From an uncultured cyanobacterium (GTDB taxonomy: Bacteria; Cyanobacteriota; Cyanobacteriia; Cyanobacteriales; Nostocaceae): a DNA stretch of 64,000 nucleotides. Location: positions 3,232,001 through 3,296,000 of the forward strand of contig CAVUDP010000002.1 in NCBI GenBank assembly GCA_963740315.1, written 5' to 3'. The notes below the pieces were generated by a model. It was not told the origin of the DNA and made no database searches. It saw nothing but the letters and a program-made list of their open reading frames with translations. The position numbers were made by a program, and so were the translations under genes. Shown here piece by piece: positions 9,301-18,682 of this stretch (position 1 is the first letter of the stretch; each line of letters begins with the position of its first letter).

Positions 9301-11852
9301 AAAGTCAGACTTCCAAGTTGATTGGAATTTTCAAAATTTCCGTTTAAATACTCTACTTCTGCTGCTTCAATATGTAAATTTAATGTCAAATTGTAATTAT
9401 TTTGCCAACTATCTATAGTTAAAATGTTTAAACCTATATCCAAATATCTCACAGCAGTTTCATAAGCTGTTGCTAATTTAGCTTTTTTCCCAGCCATCAG
9501 ATTAAGTTCTGCTAGCTCATGTTTTTCAACTGGTTCTGCAAGTAAATCTACACCAATGTTTAATTGATTAACAATATCCAAGATATTTTCTGAGAGTAAT
9601 TCAGATGGCGTTTGCTTTAGTAGTAGCTGACCTATTTTTAAATGAGTTGCTTGTTTTTCTGTTTCAGGAATAAATGAATATGCTGCTTGTTGTACCCGGT
9701 CGTGTAAAAATTTATATCCAACTTCAGTAATACAGGATTTTAAAACTTCTATTCGAGATTCCAAAGAATTTATGTCCAAATTCTCTACATCTTCATCAAA
9801 TACTAAAGGAATCTTGTAAGATTGATTCAAGGGTAAAATCAATCCAGCTTGCAATGCTGCATCTAATTGCTTCGCAGTATTTACCAAAGATTTTTGATTC
9901 ACAATTGACAGCACATCAAGTGTAAATTTATCTCCGATACAAGCAGCTAGTTGTAGCACTTGCTGTGTAGTTTCTGGTAACTTTTCAATCCGATTAGCAA
10001 CTAACTCTACTACACTTTTATCGGTAATGCCTATAGCTTGAATTTCTTCAATATCCCACTTCCACATCCCTAGATTTTTCTCTTTATCCATTAGGGAAGA
10101 GAAAGGAGTAAAATCGAATTTTAAAAAGTTTTCTTGGTAAAGTATTTGCAGTAATTGAGTGATAAAAAAGGGATTGCTACCAGTTTTATTACAAATTAAT
10201 TCCGCTAACTTATTAACTCTTTCTGTGTTATCGTTTAGAGTTTCTGCTACCAACTGATTTACATCTGCAATCTCAAGTGGTTGTAAAACAATGTTATTAA
10301 CAATCGCCTTATTTCTCTCTATTTCTTCTAAAGTTTGAATTAAAGGATGGGTCGGATTAACTTCATTGTCGCGGTAAGCCCCAATCAACAGAAAATAGTT
10401 TGTGTCGGATTCAGCAGTCAATATTTGCATTAACTTTAATGTCGCAGAATCCGCCCATTGCAAATCATCAAGAAAGATAATTAACGGATGTTCTTTTTGA
10501 GCAAAGACATTAATAAATCCAGTAAAAAGGCGATTAAAACGGTTTTGTGCTTCTGTTCCACCCAGTTCAGGTACTTCTGATTGTTTACCGATGATCAGTT
10601 CCACTTCTGGAATCACATCAATAATTACTTGTCCGTTTGCACCAACAGCAGTTAAAATTTTGCTGCGCCATTGTTTAAGCTGAGCGTTACTTTCTGTAAG
10701 TAGCTGTTGCATCAAGCTACTTAAAGCCTGAATTAATGAAGCGTAAGGAATATTGCGCTTGAATTGGTCAAATTTACCACTGATAAAATAACCGCGCTTT
10801 TGGGTAATGGGTTTATTAACTTCATAAACTACGGATGATTTACCAATGCCCGAATAGCCAGAAACTAGTATCAGTTCGCGGCTTCCTTTACTGACTCTCT
10901 CGAAAGCATCTAGAAGTTGATTAACTTGAATCTCTCTACCGTAAAGCTTTTGAGGAATAAGTAACTGACTCAAGACATCCAAGCGTCCTGGTTGAAACTC
11001 GACAATTGTTCCCGTCATTTCTAACTGTTCGTGACACAGTTCTAAATCGGCTAAAAGTCCTTTAGCTGTTTGATAGCGATCTTCAGCGTTTTTCGCCATC
11101 AGCTTTTCTACCACATTGGCGATCGCGTTAGGAACTTCTGGATTTAATTCTTGAATTGCAACGGGTTGCTTGGCAATATGAGAGTGAATTAACTCTAAAG
11201 GGTCGCTGCTACTTTGAAAAGGTAATCGCCCGGTAAGCATTTCATAGAAAGTTACACCTAATGAATAAAAATCGGTGCGATAGTCAAGGGAACGATTCAT
11301 TCTCCCAGTTTGTTCTGGGGACATATATGTCAATGTCCCTTCAAGTTGATTGGGGTTAGTTAGTTGCAGTTTTTCATTACTGAGTCTTGAAGCGATACTA
11401 AAGTCAGTAAGGTTAACTTGTCCTGTTTTAGGATTAATAACGATGTTATCGGCTTTGATATCTTTGTGAATAATATTGTGTGAATGCAGCGATACCAAAC
11501 CTTTTGCCAACTGCACTGCAATGTTTAAAAATTCCAACAATTCTAATTTTCGATTAGAAATTACTTGCTTAAGAGACTGTCCGCCAAAATCTTCTAATAC
11601 TAGTACCAAACGATTTTGCTTTGTTTCAAGCCTTAATATCTTGACGGTACCTTCTAGATCGAGATTTTCAGTAATTTTATATTCGTGCTTGAGTCGAGTA
11701 ATCGCATCTAAACTAGGATAGTCTTCCTTAAGGATTTTAAGAATGACTTTTTGCTGGTTTAGATGCGATGTACCCCGATAAATAATGGTGTTGATTCCCT
11801 CGTAAATGACTTCGGTGATGTCATAGCCAGGAACCAAGGTAGATGTGAGCAT
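6381..11852 (-). CDS. HstK-type hybrid kinase: Ser/Thr kinase, AAA ATPase, TPR-like region, GAF, histidine kinase
   Basis: HKDIKADN and DFSIA kinase motifs, GYSGIGKS Walker A, FLDDLQWAD, GAF region, AHEVNNP H-box, NLLANA, DNGPGM, FFTTKPEGKGTGLGL. Confidence 0.95.
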   Translation of the reverse strand: MLTSTLVPGYDITEVIYEGINTIIYRGTSHLNQQKVILKILKEDYPSLDAITRLKHEYKITENLDLEGTVKILRLETKQNRLVLVLEDFGGQSLKQVISNRKLELLEFLNIAVQLAKGLVSLHSHNIIHKDIKADNIVINPKTGQVNLTDFSIASRLSNEKLQLTNPNQLEGTLTYMSPEQTGRMNRSLDYRTDFYSLGVTFYEMLTGRLPFQSSSDPLELIHSHIAKQPVAIQELNPEVPNAIANVVEKLMAKNAEDRYQTAKGLLADLELCHEQLEMTGTIVEFQPGRLDVLSQLLIPQKLYGREIQVNQLLDAFERVSKGSRELILVSGYSGIGKSSVVYEVNKPITQKRGYFISGKFDQFKRNIPYASLIQALSSLMQQLLTESNAQLKQWRSKILTAVGANGQVIIDVIPEVELIIGKQSEVPELGGTEAQNRFNRLFTGFINVFAQKEHPLIIFLDDLQWADSATLKLMQILTAESDTNYFLLIGAYRDNEVNPTHPLIQTLEEIERNKAIVNNIVLQPLEIADVNQLVAETLNDNTERVNKLAELICNKTGSNPFFITQLLQILYQENFLKFDFTPFSSLMDKEKNLGMWKWDIEEIQAIGITDKSVVELVANRIEKLPETTQQVLQLAACIGDKFTLDVLSIVNQKSLVNTAKQLDAALQAGLILPLNQSYKIPLVFDEDVENLDINSLESRIEVLKSCITEVGYKFLHDRVQQAAYSFIPETEKQATHLKIGQLLLKQTPSELLSENILDIVNQLNIGVDLLAEPVEKHELAELNLMAGKKAKLATAYETAVRYLDIGLNILTIDSWQNNYNLTLNLHIEAAEVEYLNGNFENSNQLGSLTLRYANTILDKVKVYEIKIQSCILQNHLQEALEVGVQVLKLLNVQLPVQPNVKHLMVAVAQTKLTLLGKRIEDLVYLPRMTDPYKLAAMRLLMLLAPASSQAGSLHFALAILAMVRLSVKYGNSEAATYGYSLYGAIICDKFGEVEAGYRFGRLGLSLLNKIDAISLKTKVIFVFNAMIRHYKEIVKDTIVPMQHGMQNGLETGDIEYSGYSAWSLSYHLFCSTVNLELIDQKIDNYATLMHHTKLESVAYSISSIRQLILNFQTSSETNNIWKSETFDEADMIAGLGNNSSWLSTFYFTKNILNYYFNNYTQAIENARLTEQYQESNPGFYLYCVNNFYYSLALLANYKNVTSTEQKQYLKKVAANQKKMKKWAHHAACNFQHKYDLVEAEKARIFGQNVKAMNLYDRAIAGAKENEYTQEEALGNELAAQFYLVLGKDKIAKTYMTDAYYGYIRWGALAKVKNLEERYPNLIIRSETITLQQDITGTIVSSSSRALNSSTNSNSILDLTTVMKVSEAITSEIVLDNLLDKLLSIILENAAAQKGCLILLKDDRLFIEAIDNDQHNDLVVLQSTPVEESQHIPLSLINYVARTQQPLVLNDATQEAIYKEDSYILREQPKSILCAPIFYQGKFTGIIYLENNQVTGAFTNSRLEILKLLTSQAAIAIENARLYSREQDKSQKLQESLETLQQTQAQLVQTEKISSLGQLVAGVAHEVNNPVGFIAGNLSIANQYIEDLLQLLNLYQANVPSPPEEIETFQEEIDLNYLLEDLPKMIASMELGTERIRDIMQSLRNFSRTDSADKKPVNVHEGIETTLMILQHRLKANSQRPTVEIIKKYEELPPLKCYSGQLNQAFMNLLANAIDALDESNEGKTYAEIEKNPNVITIRTSADAEKVTIRIADNGPGMPEEVISKLFNAFFTTKPEGKGTGLGLSISHQIVTETHGGNLYCLSFPGNGAEFVIELPLEEDTEQ

Positions 11853-12021
11853 TACACAATCCTTCCTAGAAGAGTATAAATGTGTTTGTATATCTAGGGT
11901 TCCCCAATATTCTCTTTTTTAAACACCGATAGAGGGAAATTCGCTGAAAATTTAAAATGTACTGTCAATTAGAGCAAAATATTTATACCTAGTCTTTATA
12001 TTAAATTTTTTCAGAAAAATG

Positions 12022-12044
12022 ACCTACGGTTGAAAACCGTAGGC
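12022..12044. terminator. Hairpin between halogenase and kinase genes (terminator or REP-like)
   Basis: CCTACGGTT-GAA-AACCGTAGG inverted repeat. Confidence 0.5.
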
Positions 12045-12106
12045 TTATAGTACAAGCTTCCATATGTTGAGGCTTACAAAAAATAAACGATTTTAAAACT
12101 GCTTAC

Positions 12107-13720
12107 TTATCCAGATACCAGTTGATTAAATGAAGTATTAGCAGTAAGCTCAAGTCTATTATGCAAACTCTTTATATATTCGTAATGCGAAGGTAATTCA
12201 TTCAATAGCTTTTCTGTACTATATTTAATCAACTCAAAAGCTACTTCTGCTTTTTCTAAAGACTCTTTCTTATGTTCTAAAACGGGCAGTGAAGAATCAG
12301 GCAAGATATTCATTCCTGTTAAAATTGCTATATAATTACTATTTGTCCAGAAACGGTTAAAACCAGCTTCAAATACTTTATTGTAAGAGCTATCACTTGT
12401 GTAAGGCATATTTATAGGTGCGCCAGCGCGATATACCTCTAATAATTGTTGCAAAGAATCAGGAATCACTAAATCAAATTTGTTTGCTTTCCAAAAGGGT
12501 GTATCTTCCCTAAATGTCATGCAATAATGCATCACAATAAAATCCCTAATATCGTCAAACATATAGGCGATTCTTTCGTTATATTTATCTCTCAAAGCTG
12601 GATTCATGCTTTGATCGGGAAAATACTTTACTAAATAATGTAAAGCGGAATAAATGCTATAAATTCCTGTTGCTTCGAGTGGTTCTATAAACCCACTAGA
12701 TAATCCCAAACTTATACAGTTTTTCACCCAAGCTCGCCGCGTTCTTCCTACCCTCATTTTTAGATGTTTTGCTGGGATATTGCTTGCATCCGCTCCAAGA
12801 AGTTGCCTTAACTCTTCTTCTGCATCTTCAGCAGTTTTAAAATTCTGCGAATAAACGTAACCTGCACCTAAACGACCCCATACAGGAACTTGCCATACCC
12901 AACCGGAACTTAAAGCGGTTGCTGTTGTATAGACTTCTAATTTTTGGTCGTTATCATTTCTGGGGATGCGTATAGTAACAGCACTATCACATAAAAGACT
13001 ATCTGAGTAAGATACAAAAGGTTCTTTTAATGCTTTATTAATTAAAATTCCTCTAAAACCGGAACAATCTAGATACAAATCTGCTTTATAATTACAACCT
13101 TTTTCAGTTATTAAAGATTTGATATCACCAGAAGAATCTAAAATTACATCGACAACCTTATCTATAATCCGTGTAACTCCTCTTTTAGTTGCCCAATTTT
13201 TTAAGAATTCACCAACTAGTCCCGCATCAAAATGATAGGAATAATTAACAGCAGTTCTTCCGTCAGAGTATTTAGGAGATTTATAAGTATCAGACAAAGC
13301 TGGACTTGGATAACACGCATAAGACATTGGAAGTTCAAAACCACCAAAGCGTTTTTTGATCCAATAGTGAGTTAAAGGAATTCCATCCAATACCTGCGAT
13401 TCACCAAAAACATGATAGAAACTGTCTTTATCAGTCTTCGTAGATGGATAGCTCCAATTTACAAATTTTACGCCCATTTTGTAAGTTGCTTTGCATTGTG
13501 GCATCCACTCTTCTTCTGGGATTTCTAAAAAATCAAAAAGTTCAGGTTTAATATTAGGTACAGTACCTTCACCCACTCCCAAAGTTCCTATTGCATCGGA
13601 TTCAATTAAAGTGATATTTACATTGCCTTGTAACGCTTTTGTTAAATAAGCGGCAGCTATCCATCCTGTTGAACCGCCACCAACAATAATAATATTTTTT
13701 ATTTTAACGTCTTCCTTCAT
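12107..13720 (-). CDS. Flavin-dependent tryptophan halogenase (PrnA/RebH/Thal family)
   Basis: GGGSTG FAD motif, GVGEGT, catalytic Lys in ATYKMG (K81), FYHVFG, WVWQVP (WxWxIP motif), FIEPLEATG, and C-terminal Trp-binding lid FNRFWTNSNY. Confidence 0.92.
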   Translation of the reverse strand: MKEDVKIKNIIIVGGGSTGWIAAAYLTKALQGNVNITLIESDAIGTLGVGEGTVPNIKPELFDFLEIPEEEWMPQCKATYKMGVKFVNWSYPSTKTDKDSFYHVFGESQVLDGIPLTHYWIKKRFGGFELPMSYACYPSPALSDTYKSPKYSDGRTAVNYSYHFDAGLVGEFLKNWATKRGVTRIIDKVVDVILDSSGDIKSLITEKGCNYKADLYLDCSGFRGILINKALKEPFVSYSDSLLCDSAVTIRIPRNDNDQKLEVYTTATALSSGWVWQVPVWGRLGAGYVYSQNFKTAEDAEEELRQLLGADASNIPAKHLKMRVGRTRRAWVKNCISLGLSSGFIEPLEATGIYSIYSALHYLVKYFPDQSMNPALRDKYNERIAYMFDDIRDFIVMHYCMTFREDTPFWKANKFDLVIPDSLQQLLEVYRAGAPINMPYTSDSSYNKVFEAGFNRFWTNSNYIAILTGMNILPDSSLPVLEHKKESLEKAEVAFELIKYSTEKLLNELPSHYEYIKSLHNRLELTANTSFNQLVSG

Positions 13721-13800
13721 AATTTATGATACTTATGTTTAATATTTGCACAATAATCTGTTTTTTTTTCCAATTAAAAATCAACCAATGCTTTATTTAA

Positions 13801-14574
13801 CTATTTAGATACTAATAGCTGGTGAGAGGAACATTTTTTTATAAATGGTTGCTCTATAGTTCTCTGATTGGCATATATCATCATTTGATTTAATAAATCT
13901 GTAAAACTTTCAAAAATTTTATCAACTAATTCAAAAGCTTGTGTTCGTTGATCTGTTGTTAATAAAATTGTTTGTAAGTACATAAATTGTTCGACATTAT
14001 TAGTTTCTCCATAAAGATGACCCATTTCCACATCAAGATGACTTTTGCTGAAATAACGATATTTTTGGTGAGTGATTTCTTGAAGTTCTTTACCTACTTC
14101 TGCAAATATAGAAAAACCTATATTTCCAGTAGCTTCTACGGACTCAAGAGCTGCTAGTTTTAACATTGGATCTTTGTGGAAAGCAGATATAACTAGTTCG
14201 TAAGTTACATAACGTGCCGCTTGAGTTTCCTTACTCCAAAGAAACTTTAAAACATCAGTAAAACTTACAAAAGGGTTGAATCCCATTTTTTCTAAATCTT
14301 CTAAAAACCAAATCCAATGATGATCGTCTTCATAAGTATGTTGGTTTATTAAATTTTGAACTTTTTGATTTGGTAGCTCAATCTGCGGATTAATAAGCTC
14401 TTTCCGCAAGATATATTTATTTAGTTCTCCAAAAGTCATTACTAAAGGAGCGATACAAGGTACCCAAATTAATCTTTGCCTTGGATCTATACTCTTATCT
14501 TGTAAAAACTCAAAAAACGGTAATTTCGCAAACTCTTGCTTTTTCTGTTCAATCAGTTCTAAAACTTCTTTCAT
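13801..14574 (-). CDS. Heme-oxygenase-like diiron oxidase (HDO), AetD-like putative tryptophan nitrile synthase
   Basis: All-helical 257 aa. HTYEDDHHWIWFLEDL, ALESVEATG and SHLDVEMGH align by eye with the iron-ligand motifs of AetD as I recall them. The N-terminus MKEVLELIEQKKQEFAKLPFFEF is also similar. Confidence 0.75.
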   Translation of the reverse strand: MKEVLELIEQKKQEFAKLPFFEFLQDKSIDPRQRLIWVPCIAPLVMTFGELNKYILRKELINPQIELPNQKVQNLINQHTYEDDHHWIWFLEDLEKMGFNPFVSFTDVLKFLWSKETQAARYVTYELVISAFHKDPMLKLAALESVEATGNIGFSIFAEVGKELQEITHQKYRYFSKSHLDVEMGHLYGETNNVEQFMYLQTILLTTDQRTQAFELVDKIFESFTDLLNQMMIYANQRTIEQPFIKKCSSHQLLVSK

Positions 14575-15081
14575 TTTAATTCTCTAAGGTCAAGGTACAA
14601 TCTTCTTTGATTAAAGATGGTATTTGCACTAATCCCTGACACTATCTTTCAATAACCTAAACGTTCACCGAATAAAAATGCGAACATTAAATTATTAAAA
14701 AACTACACAATGAGAACTTTAAAAACAATTGAGCTTAACATCAACTAACTTTTTCTAAATTACTGCGTCAAACAGCATTTAGTTTTGGTAGCCTTGTTTA
14801 AGCTCTCTAACTAATATTTAGTTTGACAGAAGAATTTTGAAATGGGTAGGGGTTTAGAGTAATCTTTATCGAAAGAAAAATAATTAGAATAAATACGGAT
14901 AACTTAACCAGCTATAAACTTAAATATCTGTTTTTTGTTTATATATATTTCAGAGAATATACTGAACTTTATCTATTATTCTTCTGAAAATGATTAATCT
15001 TTGAATTAACTGTTATCAATTGCGTAGATAAATCCCGCACCTGATTTTGAATTAAGGTGTGTTTTCAAACGGTTGAAGCCC

Positions 15082-15290
15082 TCACCCGCTTATGGGTGGG
15101 GAACCACCATTGCAAAGCCCATCTGCATGGGATAATAAGTAGTCGTGCAAAATTAATTTTACATTCTGAAAGCTTCAAGTTATTGGGATTGCTTCGTTCC
15201 TCGCAATGACAAATATACAATTAATTTTGTCTAAGTACTTAGCCCGCGCAGGCGGGCTTTGTTTGTGTAGCCGCACCCATAAGCGGGTGA
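15082..15290. mobile_element. Nested repeat: inverted REP-like pair enclosing a MITE-like element
   Basis: Outer 17-bp perfect inverted repeat TCACCCGCTTATGGGTG (15082-15098 / 15274-15290). Inner imperfect inverted repeat TAAGTAGTCGTGCAAAATTAATT...AATTAATTTTGTCTAAGTACTTA (15136-15241). Confidence 0.7.
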
Positions 15291-15308
15291 CGGCGATTGT
15301 GACGGCGA

Positions 15309-16724
15309 CTACTTCACAGCCACATCTTTTTCTTTCTTCTCTTCTTCTTCGGGTAAACCCAACATCGAACCATACAAACTCACATACTTCTTAGCGGAAA
15401 GATTCCAACTGAAGTTCTGACTCATACCCCGTTGCTGCAATTCCTGCCATTGCGGTTTGAAGCGGAAACCTTCCCAAGCTCGCACCATACAAGTATATAA
15501 ATCCAATGCTTCGTAGCGATCGAAACAATAACCCGTACCTGCTTTATTTGTGGGATCGTTATGCGATACTGTATCTACCAATCCCCCAGTACGGCGGACA
15601 ATCGGTACACAACCGTAGCGCATTGCTAGCATTTGACTGATACCGCAGGGTTCAAAACGACTGGGCATTAAGAATGCATCGCTACCGGCGTAAATGCGAC
15701 GAGCCAAAGCATCGTTATAAAGTATATAGCTTGCCATGCGTCCGGGAAAACGAGATGCCATTTGCCATAGTTGGGTTTCGTAATTGCGATCGCCCGTTCC
15801 CAAAACTATAAGCTGAGCATCTGTATAGGATAAAAATTTATCGAGAACCTGCAACATTAAATCAATGCCTTTCTGTTCCACCAAACGGGATACCATCCCA
15901 ACTAAAAAGGCATTTTTATTAACTTCTAATCCCAATTCTTCCTGCAACGCGATTTTATTCGGCTTGCGTTTTTCTAAACTATCACTACTGAATTTCTCTT
16001 CAATATATTTATCTGTTTCGGGATCGTAAACTTCGGTATCTATACCATTGACAATACCCGATAATTTACCGCTAATAAATGACAGCAATCCCTCTAAAGT
16101 TTCGCCATAATCAGCCGTCTTGATTTGCTCGGCATAAGTTGGAGAAACAGTAGTTACTTTATCGGCAAACTGTACCGCAGCCGCCATCGTATTGTGTCCT
16201 TGCATATACCACGGACACCAGGTAATTTTCTCTAAATACCAGCGCCAAGGACCTTGATAAGCTAAGTTGTGAATCGTAAATACGGTACTAATATCGGGAG
16301 TTTGACTCAGCCACACCGGAAGCATCCCCGTGTGCCAATCGTGACAGTGAACTATTTCGGGTTTCCAATAATTCCAACAAAATTCGGCAGCACCATTAGC
16401 AAAGAAAGTAAAGCGCCAATCTTCATCATCACCACCATAAACTTTGCGCGGGTCAAAAGCCGGATGTCCAAATAAATACAAAGGAACATCAGTAGTAGGA
16501 AGCACCGATTCGTAAACCGCAAAATCATTGAACATGGCAGATCCCTTCCAAACTGGTTCGTCAGGAATTTCCATCTTGTCCGGCAGAAAACCATAATAAG
16601 GCATGAAAATCCGTACATCATGCCCCATTTTCCGCAATATCTTCGGTAATGCACCCACAACATCACCCATTCCGCCGACTTTCGCCACCGGAGCCGCTTC
16701 CGCTGCCACAAATAGAATCCGCAT
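15309..16724 (-). CDS. glgA: Glycogen synthase
   Basis: [47 protein letters not shown]. Confidence 0.97.
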   Translation of the reverse strand: MRILFVAAEAAPVAKVGGMGDVVGALPKILRKMGHDVRIFMPYYGFLPDKMEIPDEPVWKGSAMFNDFAVYESVLPTTDVPLYLFGHPAFDPRKVYGGDDEDWRFTFFANGAAEFCWNYWKPEIVHCHDWHTGMLPVWLSQTPDISTVFTIHNLAYQGPWRWYLEKITWCPWYMQGHNTMAAAVQFADKVTTVSPTYAEQIKTADYGETLEGLLSFISGKLSGIVNGIDTEVYDPETDKYIEEKFSSDSLEKRKPNKIALQEELGLEVNKNAFLVGMVSRLVEQKGIDLMLQVLDKFLSYTDAQLIVLGTGDRNYETQLWQMASRFPGRMASYILYNDALARRIYAGSDAFLMPSRFEPCGISQMLAMRYGCVPIVRRTGGLVDTVSHNDPTNKAGTGYCFDRYEALDLYTCMVRAWEGFRFKPQWQELQQRGMSQNFSWNLSAKKYVSLYGSMLGLPEEEEKKEKDVAVK

Positions 16725-16854
16725 TTCAGTTATCAGTTATCGGTTGTCAGTTATAAGTTATCAGCAATCAGTGACCAGTTGACAGTTAGCAGTTATCAGT
16801 GAGCAGTATTCATGTTGTAGGTGTGATTTATCAGTTAAGAGTAAAAATATTAGA

Positions 16855-16977
16855 GTAGGGTGTGTTGTCGCTGAGCGCAACGCACCATAAAATTAGTATT
16901 GAAACGGTGCGTTAGGGGCTAAACAAATATATTTCGTCACAATCGCAAATTATCGATCGCGCCATAACACACCCTAC
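16855..16977. repeat. GTAG-family REP/REPIN-like element within STRR arrays
   Basis: GTAGGGTGTGTT...AACACACCCTAC 12-bp terminal inverted repeat with inner AACGCACC/GGTGCGTT arms. Partial copy near 17033-17058. Confidence 0.75.
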
Positions 16978-17093
16978 AATTAATTACTGGTCACTGGTCA
17001 CTGTTTCTTACCCGCGTTGATGAGTAGTTATAAAACGGTGCGTTAGGCTACAGCCTACAACTGCTCACTGCTAACTGTTCACTGTTCACTGAA

Positions 17094-18062
17094 TTACCCG
17101 CGTCCAACAGTAGCGAAAATCTCCTCTAAGATTTCCTGCGCTCCTTGTTCGCGCAAACGCTGCGCTAATAGGGTTCCCAATTTCTCAGGCTCGGATCTCG
17201 AACCAGATACGGTGTCTTGAACGCGCTTTGTACCATCGATGCTGGCGACTATTCCTGTCATCGTCAATTCGTCACCATTGATTTCGGTATTTACTCCGAT
17301 GGGTACTTGACAACCACCTTCTAATTCGCGTAGAAAAGCTCTCTCTGCAAGACAGCGATCGCGAGTTTGGGGATGTTCGAGTTCTTTGAGCAAGGATATC
17401 AATTCTTTGTTATCGGAAAGGCATTCGATGCCCAATGCACCTTGCCCAACTGCGTGAAGGGAAATATGTGAGGGAATAACTTGATGAATGCGCTCTGGCA
17501 TTCCTAAACGTTCCAATCCGGCTGCTGCCAAGATTAAAGCGTCGTATTCTCCGGAGTCAAGCTTGGCTAATCGCGTGTTTAAATTACCGCGTACATCTTT
17601 AAACTCGAAGTGAGGAAAATGATGCCGCAATTGCGCCAAACGTCGTAAAGAAGATGTACCGATAACCGCTCCTTCAGGTAAGGTATCGATTTGTTTATCT
17701 TTGTGCTTTTCATGCACAACCAAAGCATCTGCCGGGTTTTCTCGCTCGGTAATCGTCGCTAAACCCAATCCGGATGGTAAACGAGTAGGTAAATCCTTCA
17801 GAGAATGAACTGCAAAGTCAATCTCCCGATTCATCATTCCCGTTTCCAATTCTTTGGTGAAAAGTGCTTTGTCACCAATCTTCGCTAATGCCACATCCAA
17901 TATTTTGTCACCCTTGGTGGACATGGTGTGAACTTCAAACTTGATATTAGGAAACTTGAGCGAAAGTTGTTCCTGTACCCAGTTCGTTTGGATGAGAGCG
18001 AGCTGGCTTTTACGAGAACCGATGCGAATAGTTGTGATAGAACTCGAAACAACTGATGTCAT
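17094..18062 (-). CDS. hemC: Hydroxymethylbilane synthase (porphobilinogen deaminase)
   Basis: [46 protein letters not shown]. Confidence 0.98.
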   Translation of the reverse strand: MTSVVSSSITTIRIGSRKSQLALIQTNWVQEQLSLKFPNIKFEVHTMSTKGDKILDVALAKIGDKALFTKELETGMMNREIDFAVHSLKDLPTRLPSGLGLATITERENPADALVVHEKHKDKQIDTLPEGAVIGTSSLRRLAQLRHHFPHFEFKDVRGNLNTRLAKLDSGEYDALILAAAGLERLGMPERIHQVIPSHISLHAVGQGALGIECLSDNKELISLLKELEHPQTRDRCLAERAFLRELEGGCQVPIGVNTEINGDELTMTGIVASIDGTKRVQDTVSGSRSEPEKLGTLLAQRLREQGAQEILEEIFATVGRG

Positions 18063-18682
18063 AAACCAATTTGTAAAATCAGGAGATATATTCCTTATAT
18101 AGACTACCGCAGTCAGGGACTCGAAAACTTAATTTGTACTATTTAGGTCAAGTAAATTTAGGCGTTTCTTTACATTACTTAACGAACTTTTGTTAAATAT
18201 TTCGCAGTAAAATGTAGGCACGCTACAAACTGCATCTCAAAAGCAAATTATTCTCTTAATTTCTGGTAAAATTGAGGGAAAAATAAATCGCGAAATTATA
18301 AAGAATAATTAATTTTTTGCGGCTGATATTTTGCTTTTTGATTCACAGCGATTAAATCAAAATTTACATCTATTTTTAAAAATTAACTGGCGGATTTCAA
18401 CCAGGCTAATAAGATGCGGTTCCTCGTTCCCAGCTTCCCGATTAGGAATGCATTTCCGCCTTGCTCTGCTTTAAGCCACCTAACTTCTGATGGGTTCCCA
18501 GTAAGAAGGCTCCGAACCAGTCAACTGGTGACACGGGAGGTGAGAGTCACCGACGGACTTAAATTAAAAAAAAATAAACCCCACCCTAGAAAGAAGAAAT
18601 CATGATTGTAAAAGGATATTAGTAATTTGGTACAACAACTATTACACAAAAATGTCAGTTGAGAATTTAGGAGTTAATCACA

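Noticed and set aside
12107..14574. Complete aetokthonotoxin or pyrrolnitrin cluster
   Set aside because: No AetF/AetA/AetB/AetE-like or PrnB/C/D-like genes are in the window; only a halogenase and an AetD-like gene are present.
18414..18605. 63-aa ORF or ncRNA between hemC and the phosphoesterase
   Set aside because: Looks like a decayed CTCGTTCCC..GGTTCCC..GAACCAG REP-like repeat with no coding signature.
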